The position numbers and the translations under genes were made by a program. The notes under the pieces are model-generated. The model did not search any database. It saw only the letters and a list, made by a program, of their open reading frames with translations, and was not told the origin of the DNA. From the NCBI RefSeq assembly GCF_009914755.1, contig NC_060945.1: a stretch of 64,000 nucleotides of DNA; one strand, 5' to 3'. The stretch comes from the human T2T-CHM13v2.0 reference genome, Homo sapiens. Of the stretch, positions 1-16,762 are shown piece after piece (position 1 is the stretch's first letter; each line of letters opens with the position of its first letter).

Positions 1-1790
<1,790 letters not shown>

Positions 1791-3552
1791 AGAGCTTTCT
1801 GTTTATACCTGTGGCAGAAAAATGTTTTATTATTTTTGATTTGGGACAAGGTAGCAAAGTGAAAAAGGTCACCTCTCAATCTATGCATGACTTTAAGCAT
1901 GTCACTTAATATCTCTGCGCTTCAGCTTGAAGCCTCTGTGCTTGGATGTGTTCTGCTGAAAATTCTTGCATCTGTGGAATTCTATGATCCTAGGGCATGC
2001 TCTTTAGGTACTTTCATTGGTTACATAGTTTAAAAGGCCAGTATATAACACACGGATTGCCTAGAGGGCTGCATCTGCTTTGTGAACATCCATGCCAACT
2101 TTTTCAGAGAACATTCCAAAACAGTATGGCATGTGGTCCATGTTCTCTGCTCTTTGATCTGCACTTCATTCATTTCAGAATTCACCATTTTATTCTTATA
2201 TGTTAGAAATAGAAAATGCACTCAGGGGATATATGGAATTTTCCTGCAGGACAGAATCACTCAAGTACAGCACGTTTTTTGTTAAGCTAGTATATTTTCA
2301 ATAATTCCTAGAAATAATAAATGATTTCACTGCAGAACTGCATATTTTTCTATTACTAAACTGATTTCTGCAGATTGTTATTCAACCCTTAGTGAAATTC
2401 CAACTGTGTACTAGGTGCTGTCAGAACACAAAGTTAGTCACATATCCTACACAGTGAGCATAATATTCATCCAAATTTCACAGGTACATTCAACCGACAC
2501 AACACTGACAGCCTTTACAAACACAGTGATCATTTCTCATCACAAATGAAGCCTGTAAGGTGATGGTATGTAGCAACATAGCTTATTATCAGTTTATTCT
2601 CTGTTTATTATCACACCAAATTTATTTATAACTGCTTTTAAAGAATATTATAACAAAGTACCAATAATATATTTGGGGATATTTTCAAAATTTTTTTAGA
2701 ATTTGAATACAATACATAATATAGTTGGACACTGTAACGTAATTTCTGTTAGTGTCTCTTTAATTGCATTTGCAGTATTCACAGGGAAGTGTTCCGTTTG
2801 GATAATTACTCATTGGGTGAAGATCAGCAATTTGGCTCATGAGCACTTCAGAAAATGACTCAAAATTTTGTAAGAAGAGAATTTCCTACAAATACCCCAA
2901 TCAAAAAAAAAAATTCAGTTAAGTGCTTCTTTCATACGGTTTCCACCAGAATATGTTAAAGATTTCCTCCAACTATTTATTCTCCTTTAGGTTATTCATA
3001 AGAGTACCATTTTTAGTAAAGAGAGAGCCAACTTTTTTTTAATGTGCTCAATGTATTATGCCATACACTTTTAGAAATTATAAATGTTATGACTTAGGAG
3101 AAATTAAAAATATGTTAAATATATCCACAATGCATAATAAAGATACACTATCATTAATACTTATTTAACAGTATACCGGTTATTATTATTTATTTGTAAG
3201 TTGTTGACATTCTTCTTAATTGTTTATATCCAAAAATAATTTTTTCTAAAATTATTACTTATGCCAGTTAACCTAACATAATATGCACACATATTCCATT
3301 TTGTGCACAAAGCTATAAATGTTGCAATGAAAATATAACAAAATATGTAAGGGGGGTATTTACCTTTGCTCAGGGAACTTACAAGCATGCTTTCTCCCTT
3401 TGTGTGTGTGTGTGTGTGTAAATCATAATCAATGTCTCTAAACTTTATGACTGTCAGAGATAAGCAAACTAATATTGTGAACTTTTTAAATTTTAAGCTA
3501 TCATCCTAGAATTTTTGTTGATGGTTTTTGTCATTTTGGCCTCTAAGTACAT

Positions 3553-3919
3553 TGTAGTAGTCTGTTCTCATGCTGCTAACAAAGACATACCCGAGACTGG
3601 GGAATTTGTAAGGAAAAGAGGATTAATTGACTCAGTTTTGCATGGCTGGCGAGGTCTCAGGAAAATTACAATTATGGCGGAAGGGGAAGCAAACATGTCT
3701 TTCCTCATGTGGTGACAGGAGAGAGAATGAGAGCAGTGCGAGGGAGGAGCCCCTTATAAAACCATCAGATCTCGTGAGAACTCACTCACTATCTCTAGAA
3801 CAGTATATGGGAAACTGCCCCCATGATTCAAGTATGTCCACCTGGTCCCACCCTTGACATATATGGATTATTGCAATTCAAGATGAGATTTTTGATAGCG
3901 GCACAGCCAAACCATATCA
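3553..3919 (-). mobile_element. THE1 (ERVL-MaLR) solo LTR
   Basis: Ends cacagccaaaccatatca (reverse complement of THE1 start TGATATGGTTTGGCTGTG); 5-bp TSD TACAT at 3548-3552 and 3920-3924. Confidence 0.92.
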
Positions 3920-4641
3920 TACATCAAAATTGTAATCTGTGGGAAAAATTTTAAATTTTTTCTACATTTTCCTTTTTAAAAACATCTTTGTTTTCCTAAG
4001 AACATTTAGGAAGTAGCTTATGTTTCCCTTATAGTTAAAAGAGATGTTTTAAACTGATTGAAAAAAAGGCCTTTGCACTCAGGGATGCCTGGGTCCGACT
4101 TACATCTCTCACACACAGTGGCTCTGTGATCTTATCAAATCTCCTCCACTAAATGGGAGTAACAATGTTACTCATAATATTGGGAGAAATACATTGGATG
4201 ATGTGTTTAAAAGGCTTCAATTAGTACCCAACACATGTAACCTATTCAAATTGACAAAATTACCGAATGTGGATGTCAGTAAGTTCTTTCGATTTAGATA
4301 TGACAAGTAGATTATGTTATACTATAAAACATTAATATATTTAATAGAGGCATTCCTTCTGTAATTATCTTTTACCTATGTCCTTTTTTCTCGTTTGTAT
4401 TACAGCCATCATAGTAAGAGTTTAGTCACTTTAATTACAGGCAATTCAAATTTAAATTTTACTTTCAGTAGGTATCTATTAAGCACCCACAATGAATAAA
4501 GTGATTTTATATGTTACAAACAAAACCAAAACTAGGGTCTATTTAATAGAACTGATAGTACATTGCTTTCTGAATTACCTAATAGCAGAAAACATATCTC
4601 TTCTCTTTTCCCTTTTTGCATTATGCTTAGAGTTGGTTACA

Positions 4642-4966
<325 letters not shown>

Positions 4967-6632
4967 CTATTATTTATTGAGCATCTATTTGTTGACCAGG
5001 CGCCTTTAGAAAAAATTAAACTAGTTCTTAGGGATTTTTAGCCAATAAATTGTCAAAGCTTGTGATGATTTGGCTCAGTTCTACACTTTTAAATAAGATT
5101 TTGGCATTTGTAGCTATAGTCACTCTAGTAATTAGAGATGAAAGCTGAATTAAGAAGATAAGAATCTATTAATATATAATAATGGCATCAGGGTTACCAA
5201 TAAATAAAACTGTTCTTTTAAATTATTAGCATAGAATTTAACTTCTAAAAAATGTCTTAACAGGCAATATTCTCACACTTCATTTAGGACATAAATTATA
5301 GAATTATGTTATGCAGTGATTGGGAAATTAATCTAACATTTTTTCATTTTTAAGCATTCTGTAGCAGAAAAATCATTACCCTGAATACAAGTTATAGTTT
5401 TTCTATTGAAGCTCTATGAAATTGAGCAGGTCATTTAATCTTTCTCTGTGTTAATTTTTTTCCTTTGTAAATTTAGAGTCAAACTTATATGTTATATCTA
5501 AAATCTCTCATACTGTACCTATGACTAATTGACAATAGGGTACTAATGATGATGATACAGAAAACAAAATTTTAAGTACTACTTTTATTTGATTCTTAGT
5601 GAAAGAAAACTTGTGCATAAGATAATTATAAAAATATTATGACTTTTAATTTTAAGGTAAAAAAATATTACCAATCTAAATAATGTATTCAAGTAAATGG
5701 GGTAAAGATGGAAACATTGGATTGGACAATATTTTGGCCTTTGTAATACTGGATAAACCTAATTTTACCATACTTAGGAGTTACTGTGATACTTTTTGTT
5801 AAAGACATCACCTGTAATTTGAAGAAGATGTACTTAAAGGTCAAATTTTCTGAGCATTGATTTTTCTTTCTTGTGTGAGCAATGAATTTTGAAGTTACAT
5901 TTTATGACCACTCTTTAATATTGCCATTTGCTAATTTTAAGGTGCGTTAGGTATAATTATTCTTTTAATAAGGGCAGCAGTAAAAAGTGTATTTGAGTAG
6001 CAGGCTTCACTGAAGTTGCCATATTCCTAGTTTATCCCTACAATATTTTCCATCTCTGCTCTGCAACCAGTATTAACACCATTTTCTCAGTACCATAAGA
6101 TTTTCAAATACAACTGCTCTATTTCAAGGTAAGTTAAAAAACAGACCCTCAAGTGTTTTAAAATAATGTTGCTTTAGCTCTGATAAATCAAATAACTATA
6201 TGATAAATTGAATAACACAAATAACTCTGTGATAAATCATATAACTCTGATTAATTTCAGAATGACCCTAGCCCTTCATTACAAGTTCTCTAACATAAAG
6301 TTAGGAGCACTGCTATGTTCACACTTCTAGGGTGCTGGTTGAAGGCAATTCATTAGTGGTACAATAGAAATAGCTATGAGAACAATGAAGGGAATCAGCC
6401 CTAAACTAGCATGAGGTCTAGAGAGGGGTAAGTTAGCATGGTGGCAGGTGTGAGTCCTTGTCAAATATAAGAATACATGACTTGAAGTGGTAAGAAAGGG
6501 ATAAGGCCAAAATCAAAGATGGGAAAGAGAGTATAAAACTTGACCTGTAAACATGACATCCTGCAAGGAGGTGAGTAACCAAGACACAAAGCCATTAATG
6601 GAGTAGAGAAACCAAGAAAGACAATGAGGTTT

Positions 6633-6910
<278 letters not shown>

Positions 6911-6997
6911 AAAAAAAGAGAGAAGAAAGAAAGAAAGAGAAAGAGAGAGAGGGAAGGAGGGAGGGAGGGAAGAAGGAAGGAAGGAAGGAAGGAAGGA

Positions 6998-7061
<64 letters not shown>

Positions 7062-7085
7062 AACAGGGAAAGAAAGAAAGAAAGA
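6911..7085. repeat. Compound (GAAA)n/(GGAA)n/(GGGA)n purine microsatellite derived from the Alu tail
   Basis: Read directly from sequence. Confidence 0.95.
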
Positions 7086-7165
7086 AATGAGGTTTTAGGT
7101 GAGTCTGGAGAAATTCCACAGAGAGAGCGTAGGTTCCCATGGATGCTTTCTTTCTGGTTTCCCAG

Positions 7166-7360
7166 TGCTATGGTTTGAATATTTGTGTCCCACCAAAAGT
7201 TGTATGTTAAAACTGTATGACCAAAGTGATAATATTCGGAGGTGGGGCCTTTAGGACACAATGATGTTATGAGAGCAGATCCCTAATGAATGGGATATTG
7301 CTCTTATAAAGAAGCCCCAGACAGTAGTCCTGTCCCTTCCACCGAGTGAGGACACACCGA
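7166..7360 (+). mobile_element. MLT1A-like MaLR LTR, 5' fragment
   Basis: Starts tgctatggtttgaatatttgtgtccc; contains ggaggtggggcctttagg and ccctaatgaatggga. Confidence 0.75.
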
Positions 7361-7829
7361 GTGAGTGTACAATTACCAAGATAAGCCTTTCTGGAAAATA
7401 TGTTTGTCTTTATTTTTAGAAATAAGGTAAGACTTTAGTAGTTTTAAATCTACAGTTCATTCTCAGGACTTTCCTATCACTGTTTCAAAACCATGCTATT
7501 GACAAGTATTTGTTTATAAGATTGAGAGGCACTATTAGGTAAGTAGAACTGAGCAGACTAGTCTTCTCATAAATTGTTTAGGTTTATAACTAACTCAGAC
7601 ATTTTATATGAATAATATAGGTATAGGCCCACAAACAGAGGTACTCTAACCCAGGCATTTTTCCCTTTGCGTGCTCCCAGATGATGTAATTTGAGAAAAC
7701 AAACTATCAAAAATTAAATTTCCACATTATTATTGTCTTTCTTTAGGTCATGAGAGGTCACATCATAACCTGTATAGGATCAACTTTTGCTCTTAAAAGA
7801 GATTGTATTATTCAAAATGTTTCTGAGAA

Positions 7830-8110
7830 GGCTGGGCACAGTGTCTTATGCCTGTAATCTTAGCACTTTGGGAAGCCGAGGGAGGTGGATCACTTGAGGT
7901 CCAGAGTTGGAGACTCCAGCCTGTCCAGTATGGTGAAACCGGTCCCTACTAATTCAAAAATTAGCTGGGTGTGGTGGCACGCACCTGTAGTCCCAAATAC
8001 TTGGAAGGCTGAGGAGGAGAATTGCTTGAAGCCGGGAGGCGGAGGTTGCAGTGAGCCAAAATCATGCCACTGCACTCTGGACTGGATTACAGAGCAAGAC
8101 TCTGTCAGAA
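7830..8110 (+). mobile_element. AluS/J followed by an AT-rich palindromic tail
   Basis: Alu dimer text; imperfect TSD TTTCTG(A/G)GAAG. Confidence 0.9.
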
Positions 8111-8317
8111 ATATATATATATATTCATAATATATATAGATATATTATGAATATATATATTTCTTATATATAAGAAATATATATTTTAATCTATATATAT
8201 TTCTGGGAAGAATATGGGGTGAGACAGGTTTTGGTTTTGGAGAAACAAACAAATTGTTCATTTTCTAGAGATTCAGGGAGTTGTTCTTATACTCAGCCTA
8301 AGAAAAGACAGTTTAGA

Positions 8318-8524
8318 GTAGAGTTCTTGAATCTGCCATTTTGGACTGGATAATTAACTGCTGTGGAGGTCGCCTGTGTGCATGAGATGTTTAGCCACAT
8401 AGCAACATCCCTGGCCTCTTCCCGCTGGATGCGAGGAGCACCTTCCTCCCAGTCATGGCAATACAAAAAGTCTCTAAATATTGTCACATGTTCAAGGGGT
8501 GTGAAACCCAATCTTGAAGCTCTG
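8318..8524 (+). mobile_element. MER20 (hAT-Charlie DNA transposon)
   Basis: cattttggactggataatt...gatgtttagc...catccctggcctct...ctggatgc...aaaagtctctaaatattgtcacatgt follows the MER20 consensus; orientation relative to consensus uncertain. Confidence 0.8.
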
Positions 8525-8745
8525 AGTTAGAGAAACTCTTCTTTGGGAGGTAATTGGTGCCTAAAAAGTTCATGGGTCCAAGAAAGGAATCCATGAAGGG
8601 ACTCTGTACAGGGAATCAAAGAAGTAGCCAGTAGTCTCCAAGACAACTGGTAGGTATTCCTTACTCAATATTGGGTTTCCCTCTAATAAGTTATTGTGTC
8701 TCTATTACTCTCAATCTTTCCGTAAGCTGTAATAAATGTCTTTGC

Positions 8746-9114
<369 letters not shown>

Positions 9115-9964
9115 TCAAGTGAGGTGATACAGAAGGAAGGTACAGCCTGGGAAAGCCTATTATATAAGATGGCCAAAAATAACTGCCAGAGATTAGGGCA
9201 AAGATGGGGCTGGAATGAGAAACACCTTCCTGATCTTGTGTGTGAAACATGCCAACATTCTTCAGGCATCTTCAGAGATCCCTATTAGCAAATAGATGGG
9301 GATACTTAGACTTTATCTGTGTGATGTAGTACAGAAAGTTGATGCTGGTGAGCTAGAATAATTGAGAACTTTTGGTTACCCCAAATTATCGAGTTGTGCA
9401 GAATTTTCTCCTAAAAAGTACAGTGGGACTTCCTGGATCCTAGAGCAGAAGAATAAGATTCTTAAAATATAACATGTTAAGGTGGAGATGTCTTTCAGTG
9501 GACCTTAAATTTGATAAATATGAATATGAAAATTTATCTACAGCCAGGCAATTGAAGATGATTAAAGGTAGATATTACAGAATGGAAACTCTAGATTAAC
9601 CAACAAAATATAAAATAAAATATAGTAAGCTGTCAATGTTGATAGAAATGAAGTGCTTTCACATCTTCCAGATGACAGTGTAAATTATGTAGTTTGGAAA
9701 ACAATTTAGGCGATATGAGTTCAGTAGCTACATATGGTCATATGTTTTTGCAAAACTATTGATTTTCTAGTAGTCTAAGAATGTAATCTATAATAACCTC
9801 AAAGCTCTATGGATAGAGATATTCACACTGTGGTGTTATTTATCATAATAATTAAAATTACGGATAAAATCGTAACGTCTTAGTCTAAGAAAATTGTTAA
9901 GAATATTAGGTTCAGTCCATGTCAACAAATTAATTCATTAAATTTATGTTTGTGAAAATAAAGA

Positions 9965-10254
9965 GGCAAGGCGCGATGGTTCATGCCTGTAATCCCAGCA
10001 CTTTGGGAGGCCGAGGCGGGAGGATCACCTGAGGTCAGGAGTTAGAGACCAGCCTAACATGGAGAAACCCCATCTTTACTAAAAATTACAAAATTAGTTG
10101 GGCGTGGTGGCTCATGCCTGTAATCCTAGTTACTCGGGAAGCTAAGGCAGGAGAATCGCTTGAACTCAGGAGGCGGAAGTTGCAATGAGCTCAGATTGCG
10201 CACCGTTGCACTCCAGCCTGGACAACAAGAGCAAAACTCCGCCTCAAAAAAAAT
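9965..10254 (+). mobile_element. AluSp/Sq
   Basis: aacatggagaaacccc and caacaagagcaaaactcc diagnostics. Confidence 0.92.
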
Positions 10255-12847
10255 TAATAAAAATATAAAATTTATTCCCTTTACAAAACAAAATACAAAG
10301 ATGCCAAATAGCATTTTCTCATTATGTTAAGAAAATGTACACTTATATGAAAGACTAGAAGAAAATATGCCAAAATGTTCAAGAGATAGCCTCTGGTTGA
10401 TAGGGCATGGGCATTCCTAATTTTTTTTTATAACTAGCATGCCAGAATTTGAGAAGATTAAACATTAATTTATAAATAAACAAGCACAGCTCTTTAGTTT
10501 TATTTTTCTATTTTTTTTTTTTTACATAGCTCAGCTATTTCTTTTAAAGTCAACTTCTTTCATAGGTGTTGAGTTTCTTAACTTTAGAAAGGTTGTGAAA
10601 CCCAGTAGCAGGTGTTGGGTACATAATTATTTAAATATGAGGACCAATCATTAAGAATGTTGGTGGGGAAATGTGTTGTTTTCTTAAAAACGAGTTAAGA
10701 TTATTTCACGTAGACATAAAGTATAAGAGTTTTTCCCATAACATTAAAATTTAAAAAGTGTATCCAAACAATGTGCCTTGGTGGATTATTAGGTAGAATA
10801 TTAACGGTTTGTGGTTATATAGGAAAGAATCTTATTGCTACTACTAGCTTGCCTATTACTAATAGAACTTCTTATCTAAGTTGAAAATTAATGCAAGCAC
10901 ATCTCCATTAAGGAAAGAACCAAATGATCCTGTGCAATAAGAGATTTTTGAATGAAATGCCTAATTTTATTGCCCTGCCAAAATGCAATGATTAATATTG
11001 TGTCCTATCAAATCTATACTTGTATTGGATCAGTTGCCAGGGATGAAGGATTTATTGTTACCTGGTATGTGATAACTCCCCTCCACATGGAAGGATTTGT
11101 GCAGACGCCACCTTGGTCAATGTTACCTATGGACAAAAATGTGATTCCTGAGTGCTGTGATCAATAATTGGGCAACCTAAATATCGCATCATGATCCTTG
11201 TCATATCACATAGGTTCATTGCTATCCATTGCTTGATTCCTTTTTCCTATCTTACTTTGTCCTGAATATATTCTTGAAATTGTATCAATCACTGTTTTGT
11301 CAACATGTTCTAGGCTTGTTAAGTTTTCTGCTCTGTCCATCATTGTGTTTCCCAGGGATGTCTTGGTGAAGAAAAATGTAATATCCCCTTAGAGTTAAGA
11401 AAATATTATTCTGGGAAGTGGCAAATTATAGGCAGTTATTGCATAATTTCTGAGCGAAGTGAGCAGTTATTTGCCCAGAGGGACCATGAAGTAGCCATGA
11501 AAGAAAATGACCCCATGTATCTTGGAAGAAATTAAAAAGTAAGAATCTGTGACAATGAGGGTGCCTCAGTACCATAAATCTGTCTCCTCCATTTCTTAAT
11601 TTCAAATAGAACAGCTAAGAAAGTAAAACATATTAAAAGCAAGGTGTTAAAATCTAAAAGCTATCGTTAAAGTAGCTGCAGTTACATGCCTGGTAAAGGG
11701 TCTAAAATGTTGTGTCAAGAAGTTTAAAATTATTTTCAAAGACACGATCATTAGAAAAAAGTGGCATTAATGGAGAGGGGAAGGCAGTAGCAGGATCATC
11801 TATTTATAGAAGTTTTAGGCTATCTGTCTATATAAGATAGCCTAAATAAGAAAAGTCAAAACAGGCAATTTTCTAGACAAGTAAATGAATAGTTATAATG
11901 GCTTGTGCTATCTTAAAAATATAAATGATCACACGGAATGTCCTATTTCTTAATAGTATGATATTAACACACATGAATTCCATCAACAGAGAGATTAAAC
12001 AAACATAACATCAGAAGTACACAAATAAAAATAATGTTTAATATCCACAGCTCATCATTCATGCCTAGGCTCTATGTGTACATGATATACCTGCATGATT
12101 TTTGCAGGAGCAGATTGCAAAAGTAAGAAACAGAATCTCTCTGAGAAGATAATTTCCACATACAATGCGCCTTACCATTTTCTGTCTCTCTGCTACTCCT
12201 TTATGTTCATTTTATTGATTCTTTTAAATCAAATTTATCTGCTTTCAGTTAACCATGCATCCAGTCCTGTTGGTATTTCCTACTACTCAGCTTTTCATAG
12301 ATTCCTGAGTTTTGTTCAACTGGCTCTTATTTTTATAAATGAAATAACTATCACCCCAACTATGCCTCTGACACATTTCCTCGGAGAGATGAAGAAGTGG
12401 ATAAATTGTCTTACTTGTAAATTATGAGCTACATAGAGGAGGGAGGATGCGTTTCTATACCTTTTATATCCTACACTGCACATGGCTTACTCATGTTCAT
12501 AGATTTGGTACATTCAATAAAAGTATTCAATGTCTACATAATAGAAAGCACTCCTTTCCAACAGTGGAGGGGAATAGTGAGAAGAGGCAATTTTTCTACA
12601 TGGTGTCCTCATATGGTCAATCTATTAAGAAGAAGAACTGGCTAAGGCAAATGTCAGGCTGCATATTACTTTGTCACTGCAATGAGAAATAAATGTGCGT
12701 CTGATAGAGCCCTGGAGAGGCACTTCTACTTTTGGCTAAGAAGCAGTTGAGGCAAGTTTTTTTGAGTATATGACATTCTGCTATTGAGTCCTTATGGCAA
12801 TATAAATTTAGGCTAAAGATGGGGAGAACCCTTGAAAGCCTCAGAAT

Positions 12848-13200
12848 TGTCTTAGTTCATTTTGTGCTGCTATAACAGAACACTACAGACTGGGTAATTT
12901 ATAAACAATACAAGTGTATTCGGCTCACAGTTCTGGAGCCTGGGAAGCCCAGGCTGGTGAAGGCCTTCTTAGCTGCCTCATTACATAGTGGAATGAATCA
13001 CATAAACGACAGAGTATGTTCAAGAGAGTGAGAGATGGAACTCACAACCATACGCCCTTTTATAATCGGCATGAATCCATTCATGAGGGTGTAGCCCTCT
13101 AGACCTAAATACCTCCCATGAGGCCGCACTCCCAACATTGTTGAACTGGGATTTCAGTTTCCAACACATGCTTTTTGATAGACACATTGAAACTGTAATC
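12848..13200 (-). mobile_element. MaLR LTR (MST/MLT1A-like)
   Basis: tgtcttagttcattttgtgctgctataacagaa...agactgggtaatttata...ggctcacagttctggag...ccattcatgaggg...tttccaacacatg. Confidence 0.8.
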
Positions 13201-13776
13201 CTCATGTGGGCCTATGATTCACCGTCAGACGTGTAGCCCCCGGGATGGAGAGAGTCATCCTAACTTTTTCTGACTATGCATGCCACGACTTACATTGTGA
13301 GAGGCTGTGAATATCAGGTTTGTTAGCATAACTCTCTCCCACCTTGTATTTTTCACTCTGTACTTTTTTCAAATTAGACTTCTCTCTGCTTTCCACACAT
13401 GCTGTGTGGTTTCACGCCCCCAGGCTTTACTTAAGTTTTTCTCTGCCCTGCCCACGTCCCTACCTATCTAATTTCTCCGCTTTCTTCAAAGCTTCATGAA
13501 TCCTTTCTTAATCCTCTATTCAGAAATGATCCCCTCCTCTTATGTCACAATAGCAGGGCATTTTCACTCTTCTTATGGCATTTTTTAAAAACCTGATGTA
13601 GATGATTGAATTGTGTGCTTATGCCTGATATCTTCAACAAGTGGCTATTAACGAATTGAGGGGCAGGATCCATAGCTGTATCACCTTTCTTTGTATATTC
13701 CTGAGTACCAAGGGTTTGTCCATTTATCTTTTCCATACACAGAGATGCTCTCTCTCTCTCTCTTATCTTCCCTCTG

Positions 13777-13808
<32 letters not shown>

Positions 13809-14003
13809 ACACACACAGAAGTTTGGACACAGTATAGTCTTATGATACAAACTTCTAATCAGAAATTTCATTTGTGTCTGATAGACTATTGCTACCATCT
13901 CCCTAACCTCACTCTAAGAACATTTAATGTCTAAATTACCTTACAGGATACCAGTCAAATTTTCCTCTGGCATGGTTTAACCCATTGCCTAAGAAAAAAG
14001 TAA

Positions 14004-14302
<299 letters not shown>

Positions 14303-14488
14303 TGAAAGTAATTTGACTTCTAATAACACAGAGGAGAATTCAGTTGTCAATATTTCCACCTGATTAACAGATGTGCATGTATGTGTGTGTGATAGGCACT
14401 TGGCCACTCCCAGTGTCAGGTTGAAAAATTGCAGGCTGTGTGAAGATGCTATTTGACACACAGAGTATACTTTTAACTGTCTTCTGTG

Positions 14489-14492
<4 letters not shown>

Positions 14493-14533
<41 letters not shown>
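14493..14533. repeat. (TG)~20 microsatellite
   Basis: Read directly from sequence. Confidence 0.97.
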
Positions 14534-14537
<4 letters not shown>

Positions 14538-14834
14538 AAGTCATTCTTTGGTATCCACAGGGGGACTAGTTTCAATACTCTCACAGATCCTTGGATGCTC
14601 AAGTCCCTTATATAAAATAGCATAAATTTGCATATAACCTCCTGCATATTACATCATCTCTGGATTAGGTGTAATACATTATATAATGCAAATGCTTTGT
14701 AAATAGTCACTTTGCTGTATTTTTTTATTTACGTTATTTTGATTGTATCATTGTTTCATTTTTTTTAAAGTTATTTTTCATCCATGGTTGGTAGAATCTG
14801 AGGATGTAGAACTGTGGACGCAGAAGGCCTACTG
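14538..14834 (+). mobile_element. MER2 (TcMar-Tigger)
   Basis: ggtatccacaggggga...ggatgctcaagtcccttatataaaat...tttgcatataacct...ggttggtagaatctgaggatg...ggcctactg. Confidence 0.85.
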
Positions 14835-16314
14835 TGTAGCATTTATCAATGCCCAAGAGAAATGAAGAATTGGAGTAAATAAATGAGTCACGGTCTTTCA
14901 CATCTATAAATGTGCTACTTCCACCCTTTCCTGCAAAGAGCTGACCATGAGTTTACTTAAGTGTGGTTAGTGCATTCCAGAACCAGTAAAGGGTGTGAGA
15001 AGGGTACCGTGGCAAAATAACTTTCTAAATATATTGTCTGCTATAAGATCAAGAGGAAATAAGAGGTTCTCTAGCTGTGAGGTGCTGAGAGGGCCATTGC
15101 TTAAGGCAGTTCAGCGATGGTGAGTTGAGGGCCGCCTTTCCCCTCCTCTCTTCCTGATAACCCCATCCCAGGATGCCAAGTGGACGAATCATCTGTATAA
15201 AGCGCTCTGCCTGGGGAGGACAAATCGCAGACGGTATCTCCCCTATGCATGTTAGCCTGTGTCTACTCTTGCCCCCTGCCCTCCCTGAAGGCAATGCACT
15301 GCCCTTTTCAGCGTGAAATCCCCAGGCTGGGGCTGGATTCTGAGCTCTACATTTCTACCTCCCCCCTCTCCAACCCCCGCTATTTCTATGTCCTCACTGA
15401 TAAGGAAGGAGCTAGGGTCCTTGTGGAGGCCGGGGCGAGGCAGTTGAGTTTTCTAAGGAGCCAGAGAGAAAGTGCAGATGAAAGGACCCATCGTCAGCGT
15501 TTGCAGGTCGCGGTAACCCCAGGCCAGATTGACATGGGCTCCGCACCCGGGCCGGTGATTCTGCCTCTTAACCGCTCTTGCAGGAGAGGTGACGTTAATC
15601 TCACAAACGTTTTCCTACCCTTCTAGGAGAAATAACGATAAGCCCCAATCTTAAGGAGCAGAGAGTTAGTTCCGGGCGTTTGCCACGGCTCCCTCACTTC
15701 AATTTACACTCGCACACGCGGGTACGTGGGTGTTCGGGGTAGGGCACTGATCTGGGGAAGGTCTCCCCCCCGCGACCCAACTCATCTTTGCACATTTGCA
15801 GTCCTCCCTCGGTGCACTCCTGGCGGGGATCTGGCCAGTGCAGCGCACTGGGACCGAGGGCAGAGCCCGCGGAGTGAGGCCAGGAGAGACTTCAGGCCTC
15901 TAAGGACACAGCTGAGGCTAAGGCTGAGTTGAACGCAGCCCCTCCCGCGGCTCGTCCCCTCTCCAGTGTCTCTCCCGTAAGGTGCCGCTCCCAACAGCAA
16001 TGGGTCGAGATGTAGAGGAAACACTCTGTACGTTATTTTTCCGCCCACCCTTTAGCGCCTGAGGAGACAGACAGTGTAGACTTTAGGGTACAATTGCTTC
16101 CCCTCTGTCGCGGCGGGGTGGGGAGCGTGGGAAGGGGACAGCCGCGCAAGGGGCCAGCCTGCTCCAGGTTTGAGCGAGAGAGGGAGAAGGAGGTCCACGG
16201 AGAGACAAGAATCTCCCTCCTCCCACGCCCAAAAGGAATAAGCTGCGGGGCACACCGCCCGCCTCCAGATCCCCCATTCACGTTGAGCCGGGGCGCGCTC
16301 GGGGCGGTCGCCTG

Positions 16315-16398
16315 CAGTATCAGTATCAGCATCAGCATCAGCATCAGCATCTGCATGAGCATCAGCTCAGCTCAGCTCAGCTCAGCATCAGCTCAGCT
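16315..16398. repeat. Compound (CAGYAT)n/(CAGCT)n repeat
   Basis: CAGTATx2, CAGCATx4, CTGCAT, GAGCAT, CAGCTx4, CAGCAT, CAGCTx2. Confidence 0.95.
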
Positions 16399-16698
16399 GT
16401 CCTGAGGCAGCCGGCGGCTGTGAAGGAGCTCCAGGCTGCCCCCATCCCCACGCCCTTCTCGGCTCAGGGCGTGCATGAACCTGCGGATGGCCGGCGGGCG
16501 AGTGGCGCCTTCGCGATCGCGGCCGCCCCTCTAGGCGGAGGCACCGGGGACCGAACCCGTGACTTCGAGCTCCACTGCGGACGAATCCCGGGACCGCGCG
16601 CCTCGCGGAAGAGCGGCCGCCGTGCAGCGCGGAGGGATACGCCTCGGCCGCACCTCCCCTCGCCGCGCCCCCGCCCCCGCCGCCCTCCCCGCCCGGCT

Positions 16699-16760
16699 CT
16701 GCTGCCGCCGCGGCGGCCGCTGCTGCTGCTGCTTCTGCCGCCGCTGCCGCCGCCGCTGCC
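16699..16760. repeat. Interrupted CCG/CTG trinucleotide tract
   Basis: ctgctgccgccgcggcggccgctgctgctgctgcttctgccgccgctgccgccgccgctgcc. Confidence 0.9.
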
Positions 16761-16762
16761 TG

